Position numbers and translations under genes: made by a program
The notes under the pieces: generated by a model
What the model was told of the DNA's origin: nothing
Database searches by the model: none
What the model saw: the letters and a program-made list of their open reading frames with translations, nothing else
NCBI RefSeq assembly: GCF_001194135.2
Contig: NC_068983.1
Location: forward strand, 93,764,021-93,828,020
Length of the DNA: 64,000 nucleotides
DNA from: Octopus bimaculoides
Lineage: Eukaryota
Reading direction: 5' to 3'
Shown: piece after piece, positions 1 to 12,333 of the stretch
Layout: every line of letters begins with the position of its first letter
How positions within the stretch are numbered: position 1 is the stretch's first letter

Positions 1-14
1 AGTTAAACTTTTAA

Positions 15-218
15 CCTTTTAGCATCCTGAGATACTTATCTATTCATATTGTTTTGAATTAATCATAATTTTTCTTATAGCTTTCAGATTTTTATGAGAT
101 AATTGTTAATTTTTAGAATGATATTGTAGGGTAGGTGCAAGGAGCCAGATCTGGCCAGTTTGAACATGAAACAAGTAGAATGGTTTGGCTGGATATGGCT
201 GATTTGAATGCTAAAGGG
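15..218 (+). mobile_element. TTAA-flanked MITE (piggyBac-like ends), copy 1
   Basis: TTAA at 11-14 and 219-222; ends CCTTTTAGCAT / ATGCTAAAGGG; related copies at 234, 11696, 17352, 61720. Confidence 0.7.
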
Positions 219-233
219 TTAAACTGTCATATC

Positions 234-444
234 TTTTAGCATTCAAACCAGCCATATCTGGCCTAAATATTCTACCTCCTTTATGTTCAGACCAGCCAGA
301 TCCAGCCTCTCACATCTAATCTAAAATTTCATTCCTAAAGTAAAGAGTCACATCACAGAAATCTCACAGCAAATGCATAGCTAATTAAAAACTACATGAA
401 TAAATAAGCATTATGTTTGACTGAGTACTCTGAATACTAAAGGG
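234..444 (-). mobile_element. TTAA-flanked MITE, copy 2, inverted relative to copy 1
   Basis: TTTTAGCATTCAAACCAGCCATATCTGG is the reverse complement of the 3' end of copy 1; ends TACTAAAGGG-TTAA (445-448). Confidence 0.65.
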
Positions 445-679
445 TTAAGCAGTTAAACAGTCTCATTGTTAGACAGCTGTTAGAAAAATATAAACAGTCA
501 GAGATTTAAAGTGGGTGACCTAAGAAACTGGTGACCATTTATGGTTAGCAAAAATTAATTCATAAAAGAAATTACAGAAGATGCTTCCCTCATCATAGCA
601 ATTAAACTTATTGAACTTTTCTTCAATTTCTCTTAATGATTTAGACATTCAACGTATTGGATACTTAAACTTATGTATT

Positions 680-870
680 TCAGCTAGTAAACATTTGAGC
701 TGCTAAACATTGAAATAGTTACACATTTAAACAATTACATGTTTAAACTGTTCAAATTTTGAATAGCTAAACATTTGAACTGTTAAACATTTAAGTTGAT
801 CAACACTTAAACTTAGACATTTAAATAGCTAAACATTTAAACAGTTATATATTTTAAAAGTTACACATTT
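680..870. repeat. degenerate AT-rich minisatellite (TAAACATTTGAACTGT-like)
   Basis: repeated TAAACATTT motif. Confidence 0.55.
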
Positions 871-939
871 AAAGTTCAGCATTATGTGATTGATAAGAAA
901 TTCATCCAGTAAGTTGATCCTCTAAATTTATCTTATAAG

Positions 940-1067
940 TGGTGGTGGTGGTTGTGGTAAAGGCTGTGGCAGTGGCAGCAGCAACAGTTGTAGTATTTGT
1001 TGTTGTTGCTGTTGCTGCTGATGCTGTTGTTGTTGCTGTTGCTGCTGATGCTGTTGTTGTTGTTGTT
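940..1067. repeat. compound trinucleotide microsatellite (GTG/GCA/TGT)
   Basis: directly visible. Confidence 0.85.
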
Positions 1068-1284
1068 CAGGCCCAAATCTGCCTTGATTAAACAGGCTTA
1101 TGATCAAAGATATTCCAGCTAAAACAATCCTATCAGTCTTGGGAAATGCAGCACATTATTTAATGTATGATTAATGTATCATTATTTATTGTATCATTGT
1201 ATAAGATGGCAAGTTGTGATATGAGGGAGATTGGATCGGCTGCTATTTTTAGCATGTTGAACAATCCTATAGAGGCTTTTTTAT

Positions 1285-2414
1285 GAGTTTTGACTGGAGA
1301 TGGAATAAACTTAGCAGGTTCAGAAACACTCACTTCTTACACAAACAACAGAAGAGACAAGAGAAAAGTTACTGATTCATGATGTATGAAAGTGCAAAGA
1401 TTGATGATATTGGAGGCTTTGTCAACAAGATAAATGGCTGTTTCTGTAAGTGATGCTCATTGTTTCAGCTTAGTCAAGAAGAGCTGAGACTTCTGAGAGT
1501 TAGTTTTAGCCAAAAAGTTCCATCCATCATGATATCTGAGAGGAAAAGAAAGTGTTTAAGATATTACATTCTGTTTTACTGTTGGAAGTCAGAAAAAAAA
1601 AGAAGAAAAGAAAAGAATAGAAAAAAGAAAAATCTAAGAACTTCTCAATAAAAAATAAAATGGAGAAATTTGAGACAGTATAGGAATTTTGCCTTGAGAT
1701 ATATAGTGTTATGTACACTGATCTGCCTTGTCTACAAGTACAATGTAGTGCCTATAGCAGGAATTGAATTCATGTCCTATTATTTCTGTCCTATTAATTT
1801 AGTTCTTTGACCATTGAATTACTATATTTCACTGTCACTTCCTGCTTATTGTTAAACAGAATATCCAACTGTAAGACAAGATATGTTTAAACGAAGTGTT
1901 CAAATTTCTGTAGAGATATGTGCAACTCATACTAATGTATATTTCCACATCATATCTATATAATAAAAAGGATACAATTTCACATGATGCAATAACTTAA
2001 ATGACTTCATCCCATCTGCAGTGCTTTAACATTATTTAATTTCATATACATAATATATCTTTTATCTTTTACTTATTTCAGTCATTGTGTGGCATACTGG
2101 GGCAACACCTTGAAGGATTTTAGTTGTTTTTTTTTTAAATCTGGTTTATATTCTATTGATTTCTTTTTCTGTTTAAAAGCAGAGACATAAGCTAACACTA
2201 GCTATCAGGCAGTCTTCCAGGGCCTATAAAGGGCATACACACAGCCCCTTTCTCCAAGCCAATTCATTTATGAAAAGAGAAAGCTTCCAATATCATCAAT
2301 CTTTGCACTTTCATACATTATGAATCAGTGATCTTTCCCTCATCTCTTTTATTGTTTTGCAAGAGGTGTGTGTTTCTGAACCTGTTAAGTTTATTCCACC
2401 TCCAGTCAAAACTC
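1285..2414. repeat. inverted repeat pair: arms 1285-1420 and 2280-2414
   Basis: manual alignment to the reverse complement gives about 15 substitutions and 1 indel over ~136 bp. Confidence 0.85.
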
Positions 2415-3093
2415 AAAAATTCCTGAAAATTTACATCAGCCACAGGCTGGCTTTGAGCTAAAACTTCATCTAGACAAGAAGGGCAGTAATGCCTCTTAAG
2501 TACCAAACCACTAGTACAGATATACGTAGCTAAGCACATTGCTACCCTTTGTTTAGAAATAAAGGTTTCTGGTTCAAATCTATCTAGGACCATGTTCGTA
2601 TTCATGAATATACATATTCAACTAAAATAGTTGAATAGCAGTTGTAAACTGATCAAAACATAATGAAGATATACATATTATATATATATACACTCTAAAG
2701 ATGAGGATAATAGTCTGAAAAATTTTAATAATCTTAATAACAAATAATCTCAGAGATTTAGACATTTAGAGAATTGAAAATGTCTACAACAAATTTATGT
2801 ATGGACTGCAGAGTTAACTAAAGCTTCACTTGTAAGTGGAAGTCATATTCATATAATTTTCCTGATTAATCTCGTTGTATATTTTTCACTCCAAAGAAGT
2901 AAGCTGCTTTAATCTAGCAGTTTCTTTTCTTTTGAAAACATTTTCTTTTTTCTCTGATTTTATTTTTTAATAATAGAAACTTTGTAAAAAGAAAGCACAA
3001 TACGTTTAACAAGTAATGAAATAATCATATATTATACATTGAATGTGTTATGAATTGAATCGAATAATATTATATGTTATCTTCTGTTTGTAG

Positions 3094-3192
3094 ATCCGAG
3101 ATGCTGTTCAAGGTAGAGGGGGGAACAACACGCATATAGAGAAAGAAGTCCTTGAAGTGTGGGACAGACTTTACAAGAGCTGGTTTGATCGG
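3094..3192 (+). CDS. TMEM245: TMEM245 (C9orf5-like) internal coding exon: IRDAVQGRGGNNTHIEKEVLEVWDRLYKSWFDR
   Basis: acceptor ttctgtttgtag|ATC, donor CGG|gtaagt, 99 nt, phase 0-0, open frame; IEKEVLEVWDRLYKSWF matches IEKQVLELWDRLYHSWF of human TMEM245 (recalled sequence). Confidence 0.88.
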
Positions 3193-5066
3193 GTAAGTTC
3201 CTACTTCATAAATGATTTATAATGACTGAATTACCAAAATATTTCAGTTCACTGCAATTATTAATCTTTTGCAAAGTGCTCAGCATCATTATTTTCATCA
3301 ATATATTTAAAAATTTTAAACTTAAGAATTTTTCTTGAAACTGTTTGTGAAAAATAAACTGTTTTTGTAATAAAACAGCCATTATTGTTAATATATAAAT
3401 AAACAAGATGATTTACACCTGATCTGTTTATACTAAGACTGTTGGGGTGAAGTTTACATTGCACCATATTTGTTGGGGTTGAGATTATCTGCATGTCAGA
3501 TGTATTGACAGAGATTATTTTCAAACTAGATCTGTTGGACTAATGCCCAGCATTTCACTCAAAAAGAAAAGTTAATCCAAATGAGATCACTATGGAACAA
3601 AAAGGAATGACATTGGATTGGATTGGCTACAGCTTACATTGGATAAATGATGCACTGAATATGGTGGAAACATTTTCTCACAATGCAATTTTAATAATAA
3701 ATGTAGTCATATCATCATAATATTTTGTAACCTTACAACACTGCAACGCCTGTAGGTCACAAAGTTCTGAAAGAAATCAAATAAATCATTGAGTCAAAAT
3801 GTATTTTTATAAAAATAAATATATTTCCATCTATTTTCTTTAGGCTTGTCATAAAGCCAAACTAATCCTAAAATTTCACAATTGACTTCAGGATCCTAAT
3901 ATTTCATGTTAACTCATTAATCTTTGTAAAGTTTAGATGATGTATGCTTTTTAATTTACATGCCATATAGAATTTAACTTTGAAATTATTTTTACCTCAA
4001 ACTGATAGCTATCAAAATATTCCTGCCATCTAATGAATTGAAAAATTAACATGGCAAAACAAAAAAATGTATGAATAATTGATGAATCAGCAACTCTGTC
4101 ATAAGACTATTAATTTTCTGTGCATGATTACATATTTTTAATGATTTGATTGAATTTTTTAAAAAAAGTGTAACAGTATCATAGATCTGCTTTTCTTTTC
4201 TTAGTTTTTCCCACTATGATCGGAAACTAATTTGGGCATTTTACTTAAGTTGTGCTTTTCTAGTGAAGCAAATACACACTTTAGAGATTTCTGATCAAAT
4301 TAGATTGCTGAAGGAAAAATATTCATTAAATTATCGATATGACACTCTACTAATTAGAATTGATTGTGTTTGGTACAGATGGAGTCAGTAGTATTAATAC
4401 AACTACACCCCACTGTACAACTAAAGGCAATTGAAGGAACTTGTAAGCTTATGTTTCTGTATGTTATCTTAGATTAGTTTCATTTTTTTTTTTCACTTCT
4501 TTAAACTTGAACCAACTTGTTATCACTGTACCCAGAACACCATAAATTTATAGGTGATTTCTTAAAGAGAAATGAGAGTACAGCCACCATAGAAAGGTGA
4601 TGAAAGATTGTTAAAACTGTGAGAGATTAGAATTGAAATACAGTGAATGTAAGAAGATTCCAAATGAATGCCATTTAGAGGAAGAATGTTGAAAATGAAA
4701 TTAATATATTGACTTGAAAGGTATAGAGATCATAGATAAGAAGGGTGGAGAACATGTATATAATGTCAGTGAAGGTGAGTTTTCTAACCTTGTTGGGTTT
4801 TTTTATGCTTCTTCTGTACACAATGAAAGATGGTAATCAACAACTGCTTGAGACGAAAATATTTTCTCAACAGATATTCATGGCTGTTTTGATTAGGTTG
4901 TAGAAATATGGTTTCCATGATACATCACTTGAAATTTTCAGATTTATCATCATCATCACCACCACCATCACCATCACTATCATTTAACATGTTTGTTTAC
5001 AACCATCACATGATATCAAGACAAGAATATGCACAAACCAGCCCCCACCCAACACACACACAATAG

Positions 5067-5225
5067 ATTTCTTTCAGTTTGCCTCTACCAAATCCATTCA
5101 CAAGCTTTGATCAGCCTGGAGCTATAGCAGGAGACACTTACCCAATGTGCCATGCAGTGGGACTGAATCCCAAACCACATAGATGGGAAGCAAGAGCCTT
5201 AATCACATAGCCACATCTATGCCTC
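5067..5225 (-). mobile_element. tRNA-derived SINE head fragment
   Basis: reverse complement of the GTGGCTGTGTGGT...GGGTTCAGTCCCACTGC family seen at 10588, 55855, 57720. Confidence 0.65.
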
Positions 5226-6194
5226 CACTTAGCAACCGAAAAGTTCAGCTTTAAGTTGGCATTTAAGTGATGAAGAATTTTGCCTGAAGACAAGCTGTAT
5301 CTAAAATAGCTCCATTTCTTCTAGCATTACACATAAATATTTTTTCTTATTTCATTTTCCAACATAAGAAAGTATTAAAAGGATTGTTAAAGAAAACTTA
5401 ATCTGTAAAATTTACTTTTTACATAGTTGGAAATCACACAAAATAGACTTGTGATAAAATGTAATCTGAATTGTTATAGAAAATTTCCAAGAGCTGCAGC
5501 TATCAATGTTGTAGGGAAATAAGCAGAAATATGAATAGTTAACCTACATAAATTGTAAGAAATTGATTTTAACCAATTCAAATGGAAAGAAAAACTTTTA
5601 TTAATGGTGATATTAATAAATAGATGCTGACCAATTTACTTCCAGCAATTACACTATTGTTGTCATACAATTTTGAATTTAACAGTATTTAATTCATCTT
5701 AGGCAGATATGGCATTTTTGTTTCTAATATGAACATCTTTATAGAAGATAATTTCACTGATAATAATGAAATATTATATTTCTGAAATTGTTAGATATAG
5801 CTTTAATGTAATTTAGCTTCAGTTTAATAATGTGTTTTTAGCTCCAGGGAGCACTTTATTCTGATTCCCTATTAACAAATGATAAAATATCACATATCAA
5901 CAATAAATGCAGAAGTTTCATTACAGTATGTGGAATAAGTTTATAAAGAGTTGAGTAGATTTATCACTTAGAACAAATGGAATGGATCCATTGATGAGAG
6001 GAAATAAAGAAGTTCCATTACAATAAATAAACAGCTTTCTCAAAATATAATAACTGTATTAAAATAAATTGAAAGAATTGAATGTAGTAAATGAAACAAA
6101 TCTTTAATGGAAAATAGAATACTGTTATATTACTACTAATAGAATTATAGTGTTATTATTGTAAGAAGAAAATACATAATTTTCACTTTATATC

Positions 6195-6710
6195 ATGGAT
6201 CTATTTCATTTTATGTGATGGATCCATTGCAGTTAATGTGGTAGCTCTAGTGAACTCATTGTAAGAAATAAGATGGGTCTATTGCAGTTAGTATAATGGA
6301 TTGGTTACAGTTAATGTTAAGAATCTCTTGTAGTTAATGTGATATATCCATTGCAGATAAAATAGTAGATCCATTGCAGTGAAGTAATCAGTCCTTTGCA
6401 TTTGATATGCTGGGGCTATGACAATTAAAGAGGTCAATCCATTGCAGTTAATTTAAGGAATCCATTTCAATTAATATGACAGATTTGTTATCATTAATAT
6501 GATGAATACATCTATGTTGTACAGTACAACTAATGACAATTGAAAGAACTTGTAATCTTGTTTTCTTCACAGTTAATATTCATGGATTCATAATAGTTAA
6601 TATGATGGGTCTGTTACAGTTGTTATAATGAATCCATTACAGTTAATATAATAAATCTATTGCAAGTTATGTAATGGATACATTGCAGTCAGTGCAATGG
6701 ATTCAATGTG
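6195..6710. repeat. degenerate ~26-28 bp minisatellite (ATGGATCCATTGCAGTTAAT)
   Basis: more than 10 recurrences of CCATTGCAG/GTTAAT variants. Confidence 0.7.
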
Positions 6711-6831
6711 ATGTATGTGACCTAAATGTGATGGTGCTAAACATTTGTTAATACAATATATATTCATGCTCTTTTGTTAAATGTTATAGTTTTATTGATG
6801 TTCAATTTGTTTTCTTTATTCCTACCACCAG

Positions 6832-6975
6832 AATAACACAAATCTTGTTGATAAGCCTGAGATATTGGCTGGAGGGAACTTAACTGCCTTATGGAGCCTG
6901 GCATCCAAACGAAGTGGCTTTGTCATCACAGATGTTATAAACTTTGCTAAATCTAATATTGGAACCTTGATGTCG
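6832..6975 (+). CDS. TMEM245: TMEM245 internal coding exon: NNTNLVDKPEILAGGNLTALWSLASKRSGFVITDVINFAKSNIGTLMS
   Basis: polypyrimidine acceptor ttttctttattcctaccaccag|AAT, donor TCG|gtaaga, 144 nt, phase 0-0, in frame with 3094-3192; DVINFAKSNIGTLMS aligns with DIVSFVHENIETFLS of human TMEM245. Confidence 0.8.
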
Positions 6976-7324
6976 GTAAGAACCTTTCATTATATGATTG
7001 GTTTCCTGTATCTGATACTATGTATTATTTTGATGATAACATTTATGATATTTGACAGAATCATCTAAATTTATCACTGCATGAAATCGTCTTATATATT
7101 AGAGTAATAAAAATAAGATATCATTGTTCAGCAATAATTAACTGAAATGAAGTTCTACCTTGGCAGCAGAACAATAGACAGAATGAATACATCATGATTC
7201 TTAGACCAGCCCTCATCAAAGTTGACTATCAATTATTCATTTCTGCAAGTTTCAGAACAATCTTTCATTCATACCATTGTTTCTATTTTCTTCCATCCTA
7301 ATTATGTGTGTCTTTGTACAGGTA

Positions 7325-7341
7325 TGTATGTGTGTGCATAT

Positions 7342-7400
<59 letters not shown>
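7325..7400. repeat. (TG)n-(AG)n microsatellite
   Basis: directly visible. Confidence 0.95.
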
Positions 7401-7406
<6 letters not shown>

Positions 7407-7659
7407 AACCAAACCTCTATGTTACTAGTAGTCAGGGACTATAGTTATTGCTATGGTGCACTTGAAATATGTCATAAATTGAGAGGAGAGTTCAAGAGTG
7501 GGGTGTTCAAGAGGGCCAGCATTCTAGAGAGGATGTGTAGGGATTAATAGAGCCTGGTGGAGCTGAACACAATATGAGTATCGAGAAGAGGAGAGATAAG
7601 TGTGTTGAGAGTGCCTGGATAAGAGTGGCAAGAGACTCATATGTTTATCTTTGCTGTAT

Positions 7660-8160
7660 TAAAAATTGACCATCTTAGCATGATATATTTTTATTTACAG
7701 TGATCAAAATTGACCATCAGATTATAATTATACCTTTATATTTTCAGTGGTTAAAATTAATGATCTGAATGTTGTAATTATATTTCTATTATTGCAATGA
7801 TCAAAATTAACCCTCAGATTAAAATAACGACATATTTATCTTTACAATGATCAGAAGTTAAAATTAACCATATGTAATGTACCATTACACATTATGATGA
7901 TACATTTAATTCTTCACTGGTCAGCATCGACCATCATAGTATAGGGGTTTTGATTGATTTTGAATAAAAGAGGGTAATAATATCTTTATCTTTATGGTGG
8001 TCAAGACTGACATTCAGATTCTAATATCTTTAAATATTTAATGGTTAAACTTGATCTTCAGGTTATAATCATGCCTCTATCTTTTCAGCGGTTAAACTTG
8101 ACCATCTTAGTGAAATTTTGTCTTTACAATGGTCAAAGTTGACTATCAGATGGAGTGATA
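7660..8160. repeat. degenerate ~45-60 bp tandem repeat (AAAATTGACCATC anchor)
   Basis: recurrent TGATCAAAATTGACCATC / GGTTAAACTTGACCATC. Confidence 0.6.
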
Positions 8161-8659
8161 TCTTAATTTCAGTTCAAGCAAATGATTTGATTTGAGATCA
8201 AGAGTTGAAATATAAAGGATTGCAGCATGGAGGACACAAATTAGCTATTCAAAAACACATGAAGACTGTTAGCTTCACTTAATCGTTTATTATTAGGTCT
8301 CAAAATTTTCATTGCACTAACAGAATTCCACTGGATTTCTGTGAAATAACATTAGTAAGCAGGTTGCAGTTAGTGTGACAAAAAATTTGGCACAAAATAA
8401 TAAATGCTTAAGGTAATAAATGTTAAGTTAACAGTCTATGTATGATTTTGAATGATTGATGTACGTCTTTCATACTGCAATCGATGTACGAATTCCATAT
8501 CCAAATTAAAATTCACCATAAGAGTGTAATGATATATTTATCTTTGTTCATGTTTTCTTCTTTTATCCATAATCTATGACTGAAGAGAAGTTGGACAGCA
8601 TTGTTGAAGAGAACAGTAGTGTTAACCACAAACATAGAAGTCTATGTAGAGAGAAAACT

Positions 8660-9130
8660 TCACTACAGTCACTATTATAATCACTACTATAACTTCATCA
8701 TGTGAATTTTATTTCATAACTATTATAACTTCATTACTATTATTGTTAGTATAAATCACCATAATAACTTTATTATATTTGCAAATGCAATCACGATGAT
8801 TTCATTATGTTCACCGTTTAAGCTTCATTATAATTACAATTGTACCTTGGATACTATGTTACTGACAGAATGAATGACTTCTTGGCATGCAAGAGGCAAA
8901 GCCTCAAGTACCTGTAATAATATACTTACTATTGCTTATAATTTCACAATGATGACTTTATTTTACCTTTTGATTGGTTTCATTCTACTCACCTGTGATT
9001 ATGCTGGGCCTTATTACAGTAATTATAACTGCAGTACAGTCACTACTATGATATTTAACTATTATAACTTGAATATAATCATAATTGAGGTCACTATTAT
9101 GATAAAAATTTAACTTCATTAAGGCTGTTG
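8660..9130. repeat. low-complexity ATTATAACTTCA / TCACTATTAT minisatellite
   Basis: recurrent motif; explains ORF 8874-9113. Confidence 0.55.
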
Positions 9131-9867
9131 TTATGGATACTAATATCAATGCTGATTAAATATTTCTAAGGTAATGTTTTAAATTCAAAAATGATATCCT
9201 ATTATTATTATTATTGCTTTTTTAAAATATTTAATCTTCTGTATTACTATCATCTTCTATAATACTGGTTTTCCCCAGTTATGACTTTTATTGTGATATT
9301 ATAACATTTCTATTATCAGTGTTTTAATATTGATTAAGGCAGCAAGTTGGCAGAATTGTAACTGTGTCAGGCAAAATGTTCAGCAGCATTTCATGCATCT
9401 TTATGTTCTGAGTTCAAACTCTACCAAGGTCAACTTTGCCTTTTATCCTTTCAGGGCTGAGCACTAGGGTCAATATAATATACTTACCCCTCTCCTGAAC
9501 TTGCTGGCCTTGTGCCAAAATTTGAAACCAATATTATGATACTGATAACAGAAAAGTTATAACTATTATAACAACTATTAGATAAGTAGTGTAATTATTA
9601 TAATTGTTATATTATTTTGTACATGTTGTTATTCTTGTACACCATATGGGACAGTCTCTGATACTGACACTATGACACTTTCCTTGTGACATACATTTGT
9701 GACACTGTTCTATTGTCACATACATTTGTGACACTTTCTTTGTTACATACATTTGTGATACTGTTCTATTGTACACACTGTGACATCCTCTCTATTGTAT
9801 ACAAGAGTATGAGATGTTTTGGTGCCACCTATTTTGGACAATTATTATTATTATCAAGCATTTTAAC

Positions 9868-9901
9868 GTCTCTCTCTCTCTTTCTCTTTCTCTCTCTCTC
9901 T

Positions 9902-9932
<31 letters not shown>

Positions 9933-10197
9933 CTTCTTCCTCTCTCATTTTAACATTTCTCTTGTCTTCTCTAACCCCTATCTCCCACTCTATCCCTCTC
10001 TCTTTCTTCCTGTGTGTCTCTCTCTCCCTCTTTCTACATCTCTCCCCCTCTCTCTTTCACTCTTTCCTTCTCTCTCTCTCTCACTCTTTCCTTCTCTCTC
10101 TGTGCCTGTATCTCTCTGTATCTCTCTTCCTTTACTCTTTCTCCCTCTCTCTCTTTGCCTACCTGTCAGCCTCTTCCCCCCTCTCACTCTCTCTCCA
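9868..10197. repeat. (CT)n-rich polypyrimidine tract
   Basis: directly visible; source of spurious ORFs 9686-10531. Confidence 0.9.
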
Positions 10198-10587
10198 TGT
10201 GTATACTTCTGCACACACGTGTATGTGTCTGTCTATTTGTCTTCATCAGCAAAACATACTATCACCAACACAGGTTGAATGTTCCATTAACCATGCCAAA
10301 TTATCAATGTTCAAATTGCCACATCCAATCATCTCAGTCCCTACACATACTGTAGCACTATCTCTGCTACACCATCTTAGTTATATACACTCTCGTGCTG
10401 TCCTTGTTATACATATTGTCTCTGTCGTACATATTGTGACCTGTCTTCAGTGTACATACTGTTTTGCTGTCTTTGTTGTACACACTGCAACACTGTTTCT
10501 GTATCAGTGCATGGGACCAACCCACGTCTGATATTTGATGTGAGCTTTACTCATTCATTGTGTAAAAGGGAGTGGAAGTTCAATAAT

Positions 10588-11404
10588 AAGGTGTGGCTGT
10601 GCTGTAAGAAGCTTGCTTCTCAACCACATGGTTCTGGGTTCAGTCCCATGGTGTAGCACCCTGGACAAGTGCCTTTTCCTATTGTCTTGGCCAACCAAAG
10701 CCTTATGAGTGGATTTGGTAGAGGGAAACTGGAAACTGAAAGAAGCCTGTTGTATATATCATCATCATCATTTAACATTCGTTTTCCATGCTGGCATGGG
10801 TTGGACGGTTTGATTGAAAACTGGTAAGCTGGAGAGCTGCACTAAGTTCTAGTCTGGTTTGGCATGGTTTCTACAGCTGGATGCCCTTCCTAATGCCAGC
10901 CACCCCAAGAGTGTAGTCGGTGCTTTTTATGTACCACTGGGTGCCAATTACGAAACACTTGTATTGGCCACAACTGCAATCTCACTTGGCTTGACAGGTC
11001 TTCTTAAGCACGGTATATTGCCAAAGGTCCTTGTCACTTGTCACTGCCTCCATGAGGCCCAAAGTTCAAAGAGTGCTTTTTACGTGCCACTGGCCCAGGT
11101 GCAAGTTATGTGACACTGGCATTGGCCATGACTATGATTTCACTTGGCTTGATGGGTCTTCTCAAGCACAGCATATCGTCCAACATTTGAAGGATGCTTT
11201 TTACGTTCCAGTAGCCCAAGTTCGAAAGGTGCTTTTTACATGTCACTGGCCCAGGTGCCAGTTATGTGACACTAACATCAGCCATGACTACAATTTCACT
11301 TGGCTTGATGGGACTTCTCAAGCATGGCATATTGCTAAAGGTTGCAAACACTTGTTATTGCCTCCATATATGTGTGTGTGTGTATGTGTGTGTGTATGTG
11401 TGTT

Positions 11405-11442
<38 letters not shown>

Positions 11443-11680
11443 TATCTGTCTGTCTGTGTTTTTTTGTGTCTGTGTTTGTCCCCCACCACCAGTTGACAGC
11501 CAGTGCTGCTGTGTTTACATCCCCATAACTTAGTAGCTCAGCAAAAATGACCAATAGTATAAGTACTAGGCTTTAAAAAAATAAGCACTAGGAATGATTC
11601 ATTCAACTAAAAAATAATTCTCTAAGGCAGTACCCCAGTATGGCCGTAGTCTAATGACTAGAAGAAGTAAAAGATAAAAG
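10588..11680 (+). mobile_element. composite tRNA-derived SINE (head, internal microsatellite, tail) interrupted by an RTE-tail-like insertion (~10760-11345)
   Basis: head GGTGTGGCTGTGCTGTAAGAAGCTTGC, tail CCCCCACCACCAGTTGACA...CAGTATGGCCGTAGTC; uninterrupted relatives at 55855-56190 and 57720-58080. Confidence 0.65.
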
Positions 11681-11695
11681 GTAGGTAATGTTTAA

Positions 11696-11917
11696 ACTTT
11701 TAAGCATTTAGACTACTCTGTCAAATGTGATACTTATTTATTCATGTTGTTTTGAATTAATCATGGATTATCTCACAGTATTGAGATTTTGATGATGTGA
11801 TTGGATGATTTTTTAATGACATTGTAGGATAGGTGTGAGAGGCCAGATCTGGTCAGTTTGATCATGAAACAGGTGGAATGTTTGGGCCAGATATGGACGG
11901 TTTAGATGCTAAAGAAT
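11696..11917 (+). mobile_element. TTAA-flanked MITE copy
   Basis: TTAA at 11692-11695 and 11918-11921; body matches 15-218. Confidence 0.65.
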
Positions 11918-12289
11918 TTAATCTTGAACTATTTCATTTAAAAGTATGTGAAAAAATTAACCTTTATGATTTTTTTTTTATCTGGAATGATTATAGAAAT
12001 GATAATCATAGTAACAATCATCAATACCAGCACCATCACTGTCATCATCATTATTTCATCTTCAGCACCTTCATGGTCATTATCATTATTAATATGACTA
12101 GTTTTATCCTTATTATTTTGTCATTATAATCGTGATGGGGAATCTCTTCATTTCATCGTTATCGTCATCATCATCATCATAACCATCACCATTATTTACT
12201 TTTGGAACTTAGCAGTGAAATTTTTAAATAACTCTGTATTATGAATCCTGGTTCTTTTAATGAAATATGATAGACATATAAGGAACGGC

Positions 12290-12293
<4 letters not shown>

Positions 12294-12333
<40 letters not shown>

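Noticed and set aside
2318-2605. 95-aa minus-strand ORF with CPSC
   Set aside because: Overlaps an inverted-repeat arm, has no recognisable domain or splice context, and is probably a repeat remnant.
6865-7068. ORF MAGGNLTALW... as a standalone gene
   Set aside because: It is the TMEM245 exon 6832-6975 read through the donor site into the intron.
8874-9113. TLFYLL peptide resembling a downstream TMEM245 helix
   Set aside because: Lies in a minisatellite, has no usable splice sites and the flanking residues do not match.
9686-10531. 281-aa and overlapping long ORFs
   Set aside because: Produced by the (CT)n tract; low-complexity L/S/F translation with no splice or homology support.
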